Virus record (IMG/VR): IMGVR_UViG_3300043411_001575
Location: 1-64,000 of that record
DNA: 64,000 nt
Reading direction: 5' to 3' (one strand)
Source: a virus
Numbering within the stretch: the stretch's first letter is position 1; each line of letters opens with the position of its first letter. The position numbers were made by a program, and so were the translations under genes. This document shows positions 13,051 through 26,516 of the stretch, piece after piece. Under the pieces are notes generated by a model. The model had not been told where the DNA came from and did not search any database. It worked only from the letters and a program-made list of their open reading frames with translations.

Positions 13051-14217
13051 GTTGTGTACGTAGTTGGAATTGATGGGAATCCTTTAATGCCTTGCAAACC
13101 TGCTAAAGCTAAAAAGCTACTAAAATCAGGTAAAGCAAAGGTTTTTAAAATGTTCCCATTTACTATCCAATTAAATTTTGAGTGTGAGAATGTAGTGCAA
13201 AATGTTAGTTTAGGAATCGACACGGGCTTTGAAAATATTGGGTTTTCTTGCGTATCAGAAAAAGAAGAATTGATTTCAGGAACAGTGATTTTAGATGGAA
13301 ACACTTCGAGTAGATTGACTGAGAAAAAAATGTACAGAAGAGGTAGAAGAAACAAATTATGGTATCGCAAACCACGTTTTTTAAACAGAAAAAAGAGGTT
13401 AGGAATGTTACCGCCATCAGTTGAAAGAAGGTACAATGCACATCTTAAAATTATTAATTTGTGTAAAAAAGTTTTACCTATTGTGGATGTAAAAATTGAA
13501 GTTGGAAATTTTGATATTCAGAAAATAAATAATCCTGAAATAAGTGGGACAGATTATCAACAGGGCGATATGTACGGATACCAAAATGTTCGAAGTTATT
13601 TAATGTCTCGTGAAAATGGAAAATGTCAATTATGTAAAAAAGAGTTTTCTAAAGGTCAACCTTCGCATATTCACCATATTTTAGAGCGTAGTAAAAAAGG
13701 CTCTGATATGCCGAAAAACTTAGCAATCCTTCACAAAAAATGCCATGAAAAATTACACAAAAAAGGACTTAAATTGTCTGCTCCGAAAACAATGAAAGCA
13801 GAAACTTTTATGTCGAGTATTTCGAAAAGATTTTATTCTGATTTGAAATTTAAAGCAACTTTTGGCTACATAACTTTTGTTGATAGAAATAAATTAGGAC
13901 TTGAAAAAACACATTACAACGATGCTTTTGTGATTGCAAATGGCACGAATCAAGAAAGAATTACCCCTATTAAAATACGTCAAAAACGTAGAAATAACAG
14001 GGCGATTCAGCTTAATAGAAAAGGATTTAAACCTTCTATTCGCAAACAACGTTATCCAATTCAACCAAAAGATTTAATTTGGATTGATGGTGAAAAATTT
14101 ACAGCAAACGGAACGCATAACAACGGAACTCGTGTGATTGTTGAAGGAACGAAAAAAAGTATTTTACTAAAAAAAGTAGATAAAATTTATAACTTTGGTA
14201 CATTTACATTTGAATAA
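12880..14217 (+). CDS. iscB: RNA-guided endonuclease IscB
   Basis: PLMP motif, RuvC-I (LGIDTG), Arg-rich bridge helix, RuvC-II (IEVGNFD), HNH (CQLC...HIHH...NLAILHKKCH), RuvC-III (THYNDA); real start may be GTG at 13054. Confidence 0.93.
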   Translation: MQKLRKRNTYTPTDAPQVRSNCDLQLNKEETLSVASSKTSLNIPEVDLSKRTSKRKVVVYVVGIDGNPLMPCKPAKAKKLLKSGKAKVFKMFPFTIQLNFECENVVQNVSLGIDTGFENIGFSCVSEKEELISGTVILDGNTSSRLTEKKMYRRGRRNKLWYRKPRFLNRKKRLGMLPPSVERRYNAHLKIINLCKKVLPIVDVKIEVGNFDIQKINNPEISGTDYQQGDMYGYQNVRSYLMSRENGKCQLCKKEFSKGQPSHIHHILERSKKGSDMPKNLAILHKKCHEKLHKKGLKLSAPKTMKAETFMSSISKRFYSDLKFKATFGYITFVDRNKLGLEKTHYNDAFVIANGTNQERITPIKIRQKRRNNRAIQLNRKGFKPSIRKQRYPIQPKDLIWIDGEKFTANGTHNNGTRVIVEGTKKSILLKKVDKIYNFGTFTFE

Positions 14218-14323
14218 TATTAACAAAAAAAAGTAGTTGGAATTCATTCAATCGTTTAAAGCAGAATGAGTGGAGTTTTTTACTGAAATATCGCAAACAT
14301 TAAAAATATACTTCAAAAAATAT

Positions 14324-14818
14324 ATGATTTTAAAAAAAATAAATAATGATTGGTACTTATTTGGAGAAGGAACTATAAACAGAGGAGACTTTTTTCATTG
14401 TAGTATTGACGATAAAATATACCGCTCCTCAATACATAGAATAGGTGATGGTTGGTCTCAAACTACAAATAAATTAATTGCATCTAGTGTAAAAAAAGAC
14501 AACTTACCGCTCATTAATTTATCTGAATTAGAATCGAAAATAGAAGCCTTAAAAATAGAGAATTTAGCTTCTCTTTCAGAAGATGAATCTGATAAGATTG
14601 AAAAACGTTTTTGCAAGGAAGCATTAGACAAAAATAAGTGGAGTCATTTGCCTTACACAGTTCAAAGACCTCATCCTATTTTCTTTTGGCAAGAGGTTGA
14701 TTCTGCAATTATGGAATACAGGATTAAACAAAGTAAAATATCTGAAATTGAAAGAACAGAATTTGAAGCTGAATTCGAAATAGAAAATGGATTATTAAAA
14801 ATAATTTCACTTAAATAA
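14324..14818 (+). CDS. hypothetical protein
   Basis: Start moved to ATG 14324 because the track's GTG start lies inside the IS end. Confidence 0.55.
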   Translation: MILKKINNDWYLFGEGTINRGDFFHCSIDDKIYRSSIHRIGDGWSQTTNKLIASSVKKDNLPLINLSELESKIEALKIENLASLSEDESDKIEKRFCKEALDKNKWSHLPYTVQRPHPIFFWQEVDSAIMEYRIKQSKISEIERTEFEAEFEIENGLLKIISLK

Positions 14819-15123
14819 TGAGCAAAAGTAGTGACTATCTATACAGGTGTCTTGACATCATGAAAGCAGACCCAAAGACATCTGAGGAAACTAAGATAAT
14901 TATGTTTGTTGAGTACGCTCGTTTGTGTATTGAAGAATCTAAGTCAAGCGATTGGTATTCAGTAAAAGAACATAGACCAAATGAAAATGGAGTTTATGAA
15001 GTTTATAGGGCGGGTGCGAAGAAGCAACATTATGAAGTTTGGAATAATACAGGATGGGAATATCATAACAACTATATCACACATTGGAGAGAAATTAAAG
15101 CACCTAAAACAAATAAATACTAA
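14818..15123 (+). CDS. hypothetical protein with DUF551-like C-terminus
   Basis: WYSVKEHRP...ITHWREIKAP pattern. Confidence 0.5.
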   Translation: MSKSSDYLYRCLDIMKADPKTSEETKIIMFVEYARLCIEESKSSDWYSVKEHRPNENGVYEVYRAGAKKQHYEVWNNTGWEYHNNYITHWREIKAPKTNKY

Positions 15124-15400
15124 TCATGACTAAAAAGTTAAATAAAACAATAAAGGAACACGGAGCTGTCACACTCGATGAGATGATGGATAAAAACTTC
15201 GGTAAAAAAGGCACTAAAAAACGTGCTAAAGCTGAATTAAAAATTAAAAAAACTAGAGAAAAATTGGAGGAGAAATTATATAGCAATCAGGATATGATTG
15301 ACATGTATAATGATGCTCAGGAACTAGCTTTAAAAAAAGGAAAATACACAGCAATTTCAGGATTCAAAAAAATAATTTCAAAATTTAAAATCAAAAAATA

Positions 15401-15781
15401 ATGAAGAAAATTTTATTAATAACCCTATTAATCCTTTCTTTTAAGGTTAAATCTCAGGTTTCTTTTAGCTGTACGCATCGTGAAATTTGCTATTGGAATG
15501 AAAAATCACAACAATTTGAAGAGTGTTATAAATACAAAGAGAGTAGTCTTTTTGAATTTAATAAATCTGAAACAATGTTCTATCATACCATAGAGAACAT
15601 GACCTCCACTTATTATGTGAAGTCAAAAGAATATGATGCTCTTAAAAACATTTGGACATATAATGTAGTTAGTGATGTTGGTAATTATTACATCTGTTTT
15701 GTACATCCTGACGCTAACATGATAAAGATGTTAGGAATGGATAATGTTCTTAGTATGTTCTATATTAAGTCTGCTTTTTAA
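15401..15781 (+). CDS. secreted hypothetical protein
   Basis: Signal peptide MKKILLITLLILSFKVKSQ. Confidence 0.55.
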   Translation: MKKILLITLLILSFKVKSQVSFSCTHREICYWNEKSQQFEECYKYKESSLFEFNKSETMFYHTIENMTSTYYVKSKEYDALKNIWTYNVVSDVGNYYICFVHPDANMIKMLGMDNVLSMFYIKSAF

Positions 15782-15820
15782 AAAAATAAAATAAATAACA
15801 TAAAACAAAAAAACAAAAAC

Positions 15821-16378
15821 ATGAAAAAAATCGTAGCACTAGGAGTATCAGCAGTAGTATTATTACTTTTGATTATCGGAATTTCAATGAATTTCTCAAC
15901 TCAAAATAAAGAGATTGATTTACGAACGCAAACAGAGGCACAAAACAAAAAGTGCGAAGCTTATTTCGATAAGATGTGGAAAATCTTAAAACAGAAGGCA
16001 GGAGTTACCGACCAATACAAAGAAGCTTTTAAAGATATTTACCCTAAATTGATTGAAGGCAGATACTCTAAGGGAGATGGCTCACTAATGAAATGGGTAA
16101 CAGAAAGCAATCCTACATTCGATGCATCTATGTATAAAGACCTTATGAAATCAATAGAAATTGAACGTACAGGATTTTTTAATGAACAAGCTATGTTAAT
16201 CGATTTACAACGTGAACACGCTGCATACATTAAAAAAGCACCTAATCGTTGGTTCTTAGATTCAAACTTAAAACCCGTTGAAATTAAAGTTATCACATCC
16301 GAAGCAACAAAGGAAACATACGCTACAGGAGAAGAAAATGATATTGAATTATTTGAAAAAGATACTACTAAAAAATAA
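15821..16378 (+). CDS. membrane-anchored LemA-like helical protein
   Basis: N-terminal TM; FDKMWKILKQKAGV, WVTESNP motifs; adjacent to a larger membrane protein. Confidence 0.5.
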   Translation: MKKIVALGVSAVVLLLLIIGISMNFSTQNKEIDLRTQTEAQNKKCEAYFDKMWKILKQKAGVTDQYKEAFKDIYPKLIEGRYSKGDGSLMKWVTESNPTFDASMYKDLMKSIEIERTGFFNEQAMLIDLQREHAAYIKKAPNRWFLDSNLKPVEIKVITSEATKETYATGEENDIELFEKDTTKK

Positions 16379-16381
16379 AAT

Positions 16382-17686
16382 ATGATTTGGTTTCTAATAT
16401 TCGTACCTGTAATAGCGGCTGCTTTACTTCTAATATTCTTCACTAAGAAAGTTGTTTGGTGGGAAGTAGCTGCTATGATTGTTCCTTCAGCAATTATTAT
16501 TTTGTTGATGAATACTATAATGATTAATTCTAGGACTTCTGATACTGAATATCTTGGTGCTTACACCAAAAAAGTGGTTTACTATGAAGCATGGAATGAA
16601 AGAGTATCATGTAGGCATCCTATTTATTGTACTAGAAGTTATCCATGTGGAAAAAGCACTTGTACAACAACTTATGTTTGTGGTCATCATCATCCATATG
16701 ATGTAGATTATCATCCTGAACATTGGAGTAAAATAGATAACTTAGGAGCAGAATACGATATTAGCAAGGCAGAATACAACAGATTAAAAGAGCAGTTCGA
16801 TACAAAAACTTATTTTGTTGAATTAAACAGGGATTATCATTCAATAGATGGAGATGCATATCATACTAATTTTGCAGGACAGCCTGAAAAATCGGATGTA
16901 ATTAATTCAGAGCATTCTTATACAAACAAAATAAAAGCCTCTCATTCTATTTTTAAGTTCGAAGATATTAGTGAGAAGGAAAAAATAAGATGGAAGCTTT
17001 ATGATTATCCAAGTATTAGAGGATATTATCAACCAATCGTATTGGGGCAAAAAGTTGATGCCGTAACTGAAAAGAAGTTACAATATCTAAATGGATACTT
17101 CGGAGCTAATAAACAATTCAAAACATTCATTTTATTTTTCACAGACCAAAGTGTAGAGGCAGCTTTAAAACAACGTTCATATTGGGAAGGCGGAAATAAA
17201 AACGAATTCATAATTTGCATAGGAAAAGACAAATCAGGCAATTTTGATTGGGTTAAATGTTTCTCTTGGATGAAAAAACCTTCATTAGAAGTTGAAGTTG
17301 AAGATTATTTTAATGCAACAAAAGATTTAGAGCTGTCAAAATTTGCAGATTGGATGCCTCCAAAAATTTCACAACATTGGGAAAGAAGAAACTTCAAGGA
17401 TTTTGAGTACTTAGAAATTGAGGTTACTGAAAATCAAATGTGGATTATACTTATTGTTATTCTTCTATACAATATAGGAATTTCTATTTGGGTAGTAATA
17501 AATGAATTTGAAAATTCAAACATTGAATCCAATAATAATAAAAAAACATTTACAAAAAAGAGTGGATTTCAACAACGATTAGAAGAAATGGAGAGGCAGA
17601 GAAAAATAGCTCGTGGAGAAGATATAGAAGAACCTGAACAATTATCTTTGATGCAAAAAATAAGAAGGAAATACTATGGAGAGTAA
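16382..17686 (+). CDS. conserved phage membrane protein
   Basis: Two N-terminal TMs, Cys/His-rich loop, YWEGGNKNE motif, C-terminal TM. Confidence 0.6.
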   Translation: MIWFLIFVPVIAAALLLIFFTKKVVWWEVAAMIVPSAIIILLMNTIMINSRTSDTEYLGAYTKKVVYYEAWNERVSCRHPIYCTRSYPCGKSTCTTTYVCGHHHPYDVDYHPEHWSKIDNLGAEYDISKAEYNRLKEQFDTKTYFVELNRDYHSIDGDAYHTNFAGQPEKSDVINSEHSYTNKIKASHSIFKFEDISEKEKIRWKLYDYPSIRGYYQPIVLGQKVDAVTEKKLQYLNGYFGANKQFKTFILFFTDQSVEAALKQRSYWEGGNKNEFIICIGKDKSGNFDWVKCFSWMKKPSLEVEVEDYFNATKDLELSKFADWMPPKISQHWERRNFKDFEYLEIEVTENQMWIILIVILLYNIGISIWVVINEFENSNIESNNNKKTFTKKSGFQQRLEEMERQRKIARGEDIEEPEQLSLMQKIRRKYYGE

Positions 17687-18329
17687 ACATGAATCATTAC
17701 AAAAAAGAAGTAAAGAAGAAATATACAACATGCTCCGTTATGTATTAACAGATAATGATGTTGAAGATGAAAACTTACTTTCTGATTGGACTGATGTTTT
17801 ATTTGAATTACATAGAATAAGACAAAAGTTCCCAAGACCTACTACTAACCTTATAGAAGTAGATAAGGATATTCACCAAATGAGAGTTATGAATATATCA
17901 AGCGGAGGAGTTAAAATAAGCTCTAATCATTCAGATTTTTGGATTAAAAATGATAATCCTGATATTTCTGTTTTTGGAGACGTAACGATTGAAAATTCAG
18001 AAAAGAATTTGAAGGTAGTTGGAAATGTAAACGGAAATGTTATTAATTCAAAAGGTGATATTATTTCAGATACACTATGTAACGTTGGAAACTTAGTAGT
18101 TAATTGCAACACATTAAACGTCGATTCATTCAGAGTATCAGGTAACATAACAATAAATGCAAAAGATATTATTATTTCGGACTACAAAAGTGATAAATCA
18201 AATATAAATGGCAATGTAACATCCTCTTTCTTTAGTTCAAATGAAACTGAAATTAAAGGTAATGTTAAGTCAACTTTTATTGAAGGAACAAATGATGATA
18301 ATTTTAAAGTAGATTTAAACAAACCATAA
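17676..18329 (+). CDS. protein with beta-helix-like repeats
   Basis: Repeated GNV/GDI/GNI units in C-terminal half. Confidence 0.45.
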   Translation: MESKHESLQKRSKEEIYNMLRYVLTDNDVEDENLLSDWTDVLFELHRIRQKFPRPTTNLIEVDKDIHQMRVMNISSGGVKISSNHSDFWIKNDNPDISVFGDVTIENSEKNLKVVGNVNGNVINSKGDIISDTLCNVGNLVVNCNTLNVDSFRVSGNITINAKDIIISDYKSDKSNINGNVTSSFFSSNETEIKGNVKSTFIEGTNDDNFKVDLNKP

Positions 18330-19610
18330 TGAATACTGAATTAAAATTTGAATCAAGTGAAGAACTTTTGGATTTCGCAGATTGGTTCTCTAAAAATTGG
18401 AAAATATTAAGCGAAGGGGAATACACTTCTAATTTAGGAAATTATAAAATTAAATACTTTAATTATTTCCCCAAAAGTAGTTGCTCAGAAAACACAAACT
18501 TTAGAGTTGGATTAACAAGCGGAGTAATTCAGGCTTCAAAAAAAAGATTAGAAGAGTTAGATTCAGAAAATGATTTTGTTTTCTTCATGGTTATTTGGTG
18601 TACAATTGAATTCAAAGTTAGACTACCAATTGAGTCAGATAGAATAGCATTAGAGTTTTACAATAAAACTAGCCGTTCAATAAAAAAAGTTTTAATGGGG
18701 TACATTAATCTTCTTAAGAATATTCCATCAATAGAAAGTGTAAGAAGACTGAAATTAATCATGCGTATTTCAAAAGAAGAAGAACAAAAATTTAATAAAA
18801 ATAGAATTAGAATATTATTATGAGTCAAAAAGTAACAGCAAAAGATTTAGCAATGTACGTTGGATTGCCATGTGCAATTTACGATGGTGGAGACCCTGTT
18901 TCTCACTACATAGAAGGAGTAGATATTTACCTAAATAAAGTTATTTGTGAGAGAGCAAATTACGAACCTGAACAGATTAAACCAATACTTCGTAAATTAG
19001 AAGATATTAAAATTAATGAGTCTGTCCATATAAGTTGTGAAATTATGGGATACGACCAAGAGCCTGAAAAACACAAGAAATGGAATGATAATGACAAACG
19101 TGAAATTCGTGAGTTCGGAATGATTCAATTCGACACGAAAGATAGTATTTTTATGCCTGCTGTAATGAGCTACTTAATTCAACGTGGCTTTAACCTTCAT
19201 TTATTACCAAATGGTAGTTATTTAGAAGTTGATGAAAAAGGATTTATTGATTTGAAAGAAACAAAAATTTAATTTTTAAAAAAAAACAATCAGGCATGGA
19301 TTTAATATCTTCTTACATAAAGATTAAACCAACAGTAGCGGACATTTTGTTAAATAATTTTGAAACAAGAGATGATGATAATCTTCTTTTATTGAAAATT
19401 TGGGATATACAATCGTATGGTAAAATAGAAAGCTACGAAGATTTTAAGAAAATGCTTTTGAGTGGTAAATTAGCTATTCCTGAATCCGTTAGAAGGTCGA
19501 GACAAAAGCTACAAGAGCATAACGTATCTCTAAGAGGAAAGACATACGAAGCTAGAAAAGCGCAAGAGAAATTAATAAGCCAACAAATTAAATTTGATTT
19601 TGAATAATCA

Positions 19611-20150
19611 ATGGACAATCTAAACCCCGATTTAAATAAAGTAAAGGAACTTGCACTGAAGCTAAAAGAAATGGCTGATAGAGGCACAGAACATGAAAGA
19701 TTAGTTGCAGAAAACAAACTAAAAACTCTATTAACTAAATACGGACTTACCCTACAGGATATTCAAAATAATGAGATAAAGAAAAGAACATTCATTTTTA
19801 AACATGAAGATGAAACTTTAATATTAGCCCATGTTATTTGGAGTGTTATCCCAAATATAGCAATAAGGAGAATAGGCAAACAAAAAAAAGCTTTTTGCGA
19901 TTTAAGTCCTGAGCAATACATTGAGGTAAAAGAGAAATTAAAATTTTACTTGAGTGATTATGATAAACAAAAAAAGAACTTCACAATAGCTTACATATAT
20001 AAAAACGATTTGGAGGTAAAAGAATCTAATGAAAAAGAAGATATTGATTCAGCGGATAATTATGATACTAAATCAATAGTCGACATGATGAAAGCAATTA
20101 ATGATGTAGATTTTGAATCAACAAAAAAAAGAAAGCAAATAAATAACTAA
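19611..20150 (+). CDS. DUF2786-like protein
   Basis: KLKEMADRGTEHERLVAENKLKTLLTKYGL N-terminal motif. Confidence 0.65.
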   Translation: MDNLNPDLNKVKELALKLKEMADRGTEHERLVAENKLKTLLTKYGLTLQDIQNNEIKKRTFIFKHEDETLILAHVIWSVIPNIAIRRIGKQKKAFCDLSPEQYIEVKEKLKFYLSDYDKQKKNFTIAYIYKNDLEVKESNEKEDIDSADNYDTKSIVDMMKAINDVDFESTKKRKQINN

Positions 20151-22456
20151 TTAAAAAATAAAATGAGAACTGAAAACATATACTGCGATTACTGCAAGAA
20201 AATGACAACAGCAGAAGGAGTAAAAAAAGAAACTCTTCATGGCTTTTTAGTTGAATTAGGTTACTCTCTTGGAGGATGGGGCAACAGAAGGAATTTTGTA
20301 AATCCACATACTGTTGAAATATGTACTGATTGTTTTAATTCAGTTAAGAAAAAAGCAGATGAATTAGCACAAGCTATTAAAGATTGTCAAAAGAAATAAA
20401 ATAACAAATTAAAAAATAAAAATCATGAAATTAATTGTAATAGACAAAGGAGACCCACAAGTAGGTATAAAAGAGGCTCAATATGAAGTTGATTCTCCAT
20501 TCGGTAATCCTGATACAGGGGAGTTATACACGACTTCAAAAGAAGAAACAGATTATTTCAAAAATGAGATAATAAACCTATACAAAAACTTTGCTAATGG
20601 AAGAGTAATTGCTCTATACGATTTTGAGTTTAAAAAAATGGAGGATTAAAAAATGGAGCAGGTAAAAAAACACATAACGCTTTTAAATTTTCACTCACAT
20701 GGTCATTCGGAAAAATGGATATTAGATAACATTCCTAATAAAGGTGATTTAATAGATTTAAAAGGGAACGTAGGGATTGTTGATGGAATTACATATCAAT
20801 TTAGTGAAGACGGAAAAAGTTGCAACATATTTATAACAACAACTAAAAAACTATAAAAATGAGTTCGAAAATTATTACTGAAAAACTAAATAATCAATTA
20901 CAGAAAACAGATACTAGTAGCAGATTTATTCCACCTGATAATGATGATATTCGTTGGCAAACAGGCTCAGAAACATTTACAAGGGAAGAAGTAGCTTCTT
21001 TGTTATGGACACAAATTGCAATGATTAGCAATGACCTTAAAATCTGTTGTGGAAATGATTTAACACCATCTATGTATGATGTAATAGATAACCCAAGAAT
21101 ACCTGAGTTTTAAAAATAATATTAGCAAAAAAAATAAAATAAATAACATGAGCGGAATGGAAGTAAACTTCAACAATCTAAGAAAACAGGCAGTATATGC
21201 TATTGATTCTTTAACTCAAAAATTAAATAACGCCATCATAAAAACTGATGATGAATGCGCTAAACCAAATGGATGTGAATGGAGTGTTAATTTAAAAGGA
21301 TATGTACTTGTCGATGCTGAGGATATTCAAAAACAGATGGATAGCCTTAGAAGCATGATTGGTAGTATCGCAATGTGTTACGAACCTGATGATGAAGATT
21401 TCGCTGATGTTTACGCTGAAATTTTCCCTGAAGACAAAGATACACGAATGAAATGTTTTAACGACGAAGAAGATGAATTCATCGAAACACAAAAATTATG
21501 AAACCTGAAGATTGGTTAGAAAAACGAGAATTAAACGATATGCAGCTATGTATACAACAAGGAGCGGGAGAACAAACTTTCGCTTCTGATGCTATGCGTA
21601 TGTATGCCAAAGAAATGCTTAATGGATTAGCTAAACATTATAACGAAGAGAAGATTAAAGCTCTTAAAAACGGAGGAACATTGAAAAGCATTGATTATCT
21701 TATTTTGGACTTCATGAAGGAACATTTATCATAAAAAAGTTTTCAACAAATAGTAATAATATTGTAATTAATATTATATTTGTAGTGTAAATAATATTTA
21801 TGGAAGAAGGAAACATCATTTTAAGACCAAAGAGCAGTTACGGAATAGATAAAATTTACAAACATGGGTATATGTATTCATTTGTAAAAATAGTTGAAGG
21901 TGGTCAAAGAGGAGATTTTTTAGTTTTACTTCGCTCAAATGAAGATGGGACTAAATTCGTTGTTAAACTAGAATCTGATAAGGATTTTAAAGTAATGCTT
22001 AATTAAAAAATGGAAAAGATAATTGCGCTAGGAATAGTAACACTTATAGGAGCTTTTTACTTTCCTATATTCACTTTAGGATGTGTTCTTATTCATTTCA
22101 ATCATGAGTTTATCGGTGTAATAATTATAATACATTCATTGACCAAATCAAATAAAATAAATGAAAAAGAAGAATAAAACATTACCTGAAAAACTAACTT
22201 TAGAAAACCTAAGTGAAATGATTGATGCTTTCCCGAAGAAACATAAACATGGTTTCTTAAGAGTTGAGATTGAATCTATGTTAGATAGATATAGTCTTGA
22301 TAAGAAAAAAGTTTATACTGAAATGGGAGTTAATACCTGCATGATGATTGATGGAGAATCTGTTACTTTCGATAATGATGTTGAATTAGGAATAAGATGC
22401 GTTTTAAGAGGCAGGAGCAAGAGTGCCTTTGAGTGGGATTAAAAAATAAAATTTAT

Positions 22457-23248
22457 ATGGAAAGTTTAAAATTAATAAGTTCAAAATACTTTAATGAGTA
22501 TTCATCTAAATGTGGGGTTTTATACATGCTAAAAAAACTTCGTAGTAAACTTGAATTTACATCAGAAGATTTTGAATATTATGTTATAGCATCATCACTT
22601 TACTCTTCTAAAATAGAAGGTAATACTCTTGATGTAAATAGTTTTTTTAGGAACAGAGGTAAAAGGGATTTCCCAAAGAAAAAAGAGGTTCAAGAAGTTG
22701 AAGATTTAGTTTTAGCGTATAAATTCGCAATGGAGAATGAGTTGAATTTATCAAATATATTAAAAGCTCATCAAATTCTATCCAAATCAATATTACCCGC
22801 TAAAGAGAGAGGTAAAGTTAGAAAAGGAACTATGTCTGTTAGGGATACAAAAACGTTAAGACCTATATATATAGCAGTTGAACCTGAGTATACTAAAATT
22901 GAATTAGATAAATTATTTTATGACATTAACATATTATTAAACAGTAATTTAACTTCTAAAGAGGTTTTTTATTACGCATCGATGATTCATTTATGGTTTG
23001 TAAAAATACATCCTTTAAATGATGGGAATGGAAGAACAGCAAGACTTATAGAAAAATGGTTTTTAGTTTCAATGTCAGGTGCTGAACTATGGTCTATTAA
23101 TTCTGAGAAATACTATTGGGACAATAGACCTGATTATTATAAAAATATTTCATTGGGATTTAATTATTATGCTTTATATTGGGAAAGATGTATTCCTTTC
23201 CTCTTAATGTTACCCGCTGCTTTAAAAGAATCTGCAAAAAAAAATTAG
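22457..23248 (+). CDS. Fic family protein (class II-like)
   Basis: HPLNDGNGRTAR Fic motif and N-terminal SSKIEGN inhibitory motif; ATG at 22457. Confidence 0.9.
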   Translation: MESLKLISSKYFNEYSSKCGVLYMLKKLRSKLEFTSEDFEYYVIASSLYSSKIEGNTLDVNSFFRNRGKRDFPKKKEVQEVEDLVLAYKFAMENELNLSNILKAHQILSKSILPAKERGKVRKGTMSVRDTKTLRPIYIAVEPEYTKIELDKLFYDINILLNSNLTSKEVFYYASMIHLWFVKIHPLNDGNGRTARLIEKWFLVSMSGAELWSINSEKYYWDNRPDYYKNISLGFNYYALYWERCIPFLLMLPAALKESAKKN

Positions 23249-23953
23249 ATTTATTTCAATTAAAAATACGGTCAAATAAAATGGAGAAGAAATTTACAAA
23301 AAAGTATTATCAGCTTGGTTTAAATCATTTTCAGGTGCATGTAAGCGAAGATATGTTCCTGCAAGTTAAATTACATAAGGATGGTACTTATGATATGTCT
23401 ATCATTAATCCTAAATTTACTAATCCTAAACTTGGAAAAAAAGTAACGCTATCTTATTTATTAAAAGAAAAAGCAATAGCTAAAGCAAAGTCAAATTATT
23501 TAATACAGGCTTTTTCAACTATTGAAGAAATGGCTAAAGAATTAGTTAAAATGAAAAAATAATGAAATTTTTAAAGAAAATATTTTTAAGTCCATTCGCT
23601 TATTTCTTTTATGTTGTAGCTTCTCTTATCATACTAATGAGATGTTGCCACAGAACTCCTAAAAAATACATTGGAACAATTATAAGCATTAGCGAATTTG
23701 ATGGCTCTGCTAAACTAAAAACCAAAACAGAATCAGGAAAAGATACAATAGTTTATGTAGAGCATGCTTATCGTGGAGAAACATTTATAGTCGGACAAAT
23801 AATAACAATATGGGTAGGAGGAGAGTTAATTGGTGATTACGGAACAACTAAACCACAACACTAAAATGGAAAAACAAACTTGCAAAGGTGTAATAAAAGA
23901 CTTTTCAAAAGATGGAGTTCTTATAGACTTAGATATTGATGGTATTAAACAAG

Positions 23954-24386
23954 AACGGTTACAGCTTTGCGTTCGGTTTTGCCCTTCGCAAAACTGACGA
24001 CAAAGGTGGTGTTAAATTTAGGTTTAGTTCATTTTTTGAGCGTAGGATTTTAAACGACTAAAAACAATAAATATGGAAAAATATAATGCTTTACTAAATA
24101 AGAAAATCAGTTTGTGTTTTAACAACGATGTTATAAACTCATATAAAATAACGACCATAAGAGAAACTGATAGATTTATGGTTGGGTTGGAAGGAAATGG
24201 AAAAATTTTCAACTGTGATGTAGATTGGGAGAATAAACAAATTAGTGGTGGAAATAAAATTATGGAATTTCCAGAAAGCGTATTTGATGATTTAATAAAT
24301 AAGGGGTGTGCGGAAAACCCAATGATGCCAAATATGTATTTTAAGTGCGAGAGCAAAGAAAAAATGAACTAAACTTGAATTTAACG
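23954..24386 (-). mobile_element. solitary attC-like gene cassette
   Basis: Minus strand: GTTAAAT core at 24385, ATTTAAC inverse core at 24017, bulged hairpin, GTT at 23956; 27-bp inverted repeats at 24011-24037 and 24359-24385; AACG at both junctions. Confidence 0.7.
24073..24372 (+). CDS. cassette cargo hypothetical protein
   Basis: 99-aa ORF lying between the inverted repeats. Confidence 0.65.
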   Translation: MEKYNALLNKKISLCFNNDVINSYKITTIRETDRFMVGLEGNGKIFNCDVDWENKQISGGNKIMEFPESVFDDLINKGCAENPMMPNMYFKCESKEKMN

Positions 24387-24922
24387 ATTATTTTACGATA
24401 ATCATGAAGTTGTATTTAAAGGACTAGAAGTTGGAGATAAGGTTATTTTGGAAACCATAATAGAAAATAATTCAATGACGCTTAGTGTTTCAAAACAAGA
24501 AGAGCCTGTATTAGTAGCAAATAATCGAACAGGAGTTGGTAAATCGTATTTGAGAGAAAGACTATTAGAAAACTCTTTCGTGATAGATACTGAAAAAGAA
24601 ACAGAAGAATCTTTCGTTGAAAAATTAAAAGAAGCAAAAGGTAAAAAAGAAAATATTATTTTGTTAGCATCAGCTAATTTTATTACCTGTTCTCCAATGA
24701 TTACACACTTTATGCAATCAGGATTAAAAGCAACTGTGATAGTTGAAGATATTCATGATATTCAAAGTGGAATAGTAACACCTAAATTGAATGATATTGA
24801 CTTTATTAATCGCAATTTTAAAAGAGATATAGATTTAACATTAACAGCAACAAATATTCCTGAGCCAATAAAACCTGATAGTAAAAAATATGATTATTGT
24901 CACGGAAAGCAACCTGAATTAA

Positions 24923-26362
<1,440 letters not shown>

Positions 26363-26386
26363 ATTTCAAATTAAATAATAAATATG

Positions 26387-26516
26387 TATATTTGTAGTGC
26401 GTAAAATTAATTCTAATGTTAAAAAAAATAGTCATACTTTAAAATAAAGCTCTCTGCGAAATAGGTAAATCCTTCCTTTTGGAATTGATTTTACGCAAAC
26501 CTATTTCAAAGAGAGC
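26387..26516 (+). promoter_or_regulatory. promoter plus structured 5' leader of the GIY-YIG gene
   Basis: TATATTTG at 26387-26394; helices 26398-26416/26479-26497 and 26449-26466/26499-26516. Confidence 0.6.

Larger units (their letters stand above)
12786..14287 (+). mobile_element. non-autonomous IS200/IS605-family IscB (OMEGA) element
   Basis: Begins GTCAATCACCCCC (typical omega-RNA 5' end); encodes IscB; ends in an imperfect hairpin region at about 14241-14287; no tnpA. Confidence 0.8.
12539..14346 (+). pseudogene. hypothetical gene of about 100 aa interrupted by the IscB element
   Basis: Joining 12785 to 14288 (or 14291) restores ...NPQPR(N)IANIKNILQKIYDFKKNK* with stop at 14344-14346. 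Confidence 0.5.

Noticed and set aside
12849-13441. Minus-strand ORFs over iscB and other antisense ORFs in the plus block (e.g. 16039, 27360, 31497)
   Set aside because: Fully overlap better-supported genes; Phe/Ser/Leu-rich shadows.
24024-24356. 110-aa minus-strand ORF in the cassette
   Set aside because: Antisense to the 99-aa ORF, which has a better start region; the shared KMN ending simply reflects the inverted repeat.
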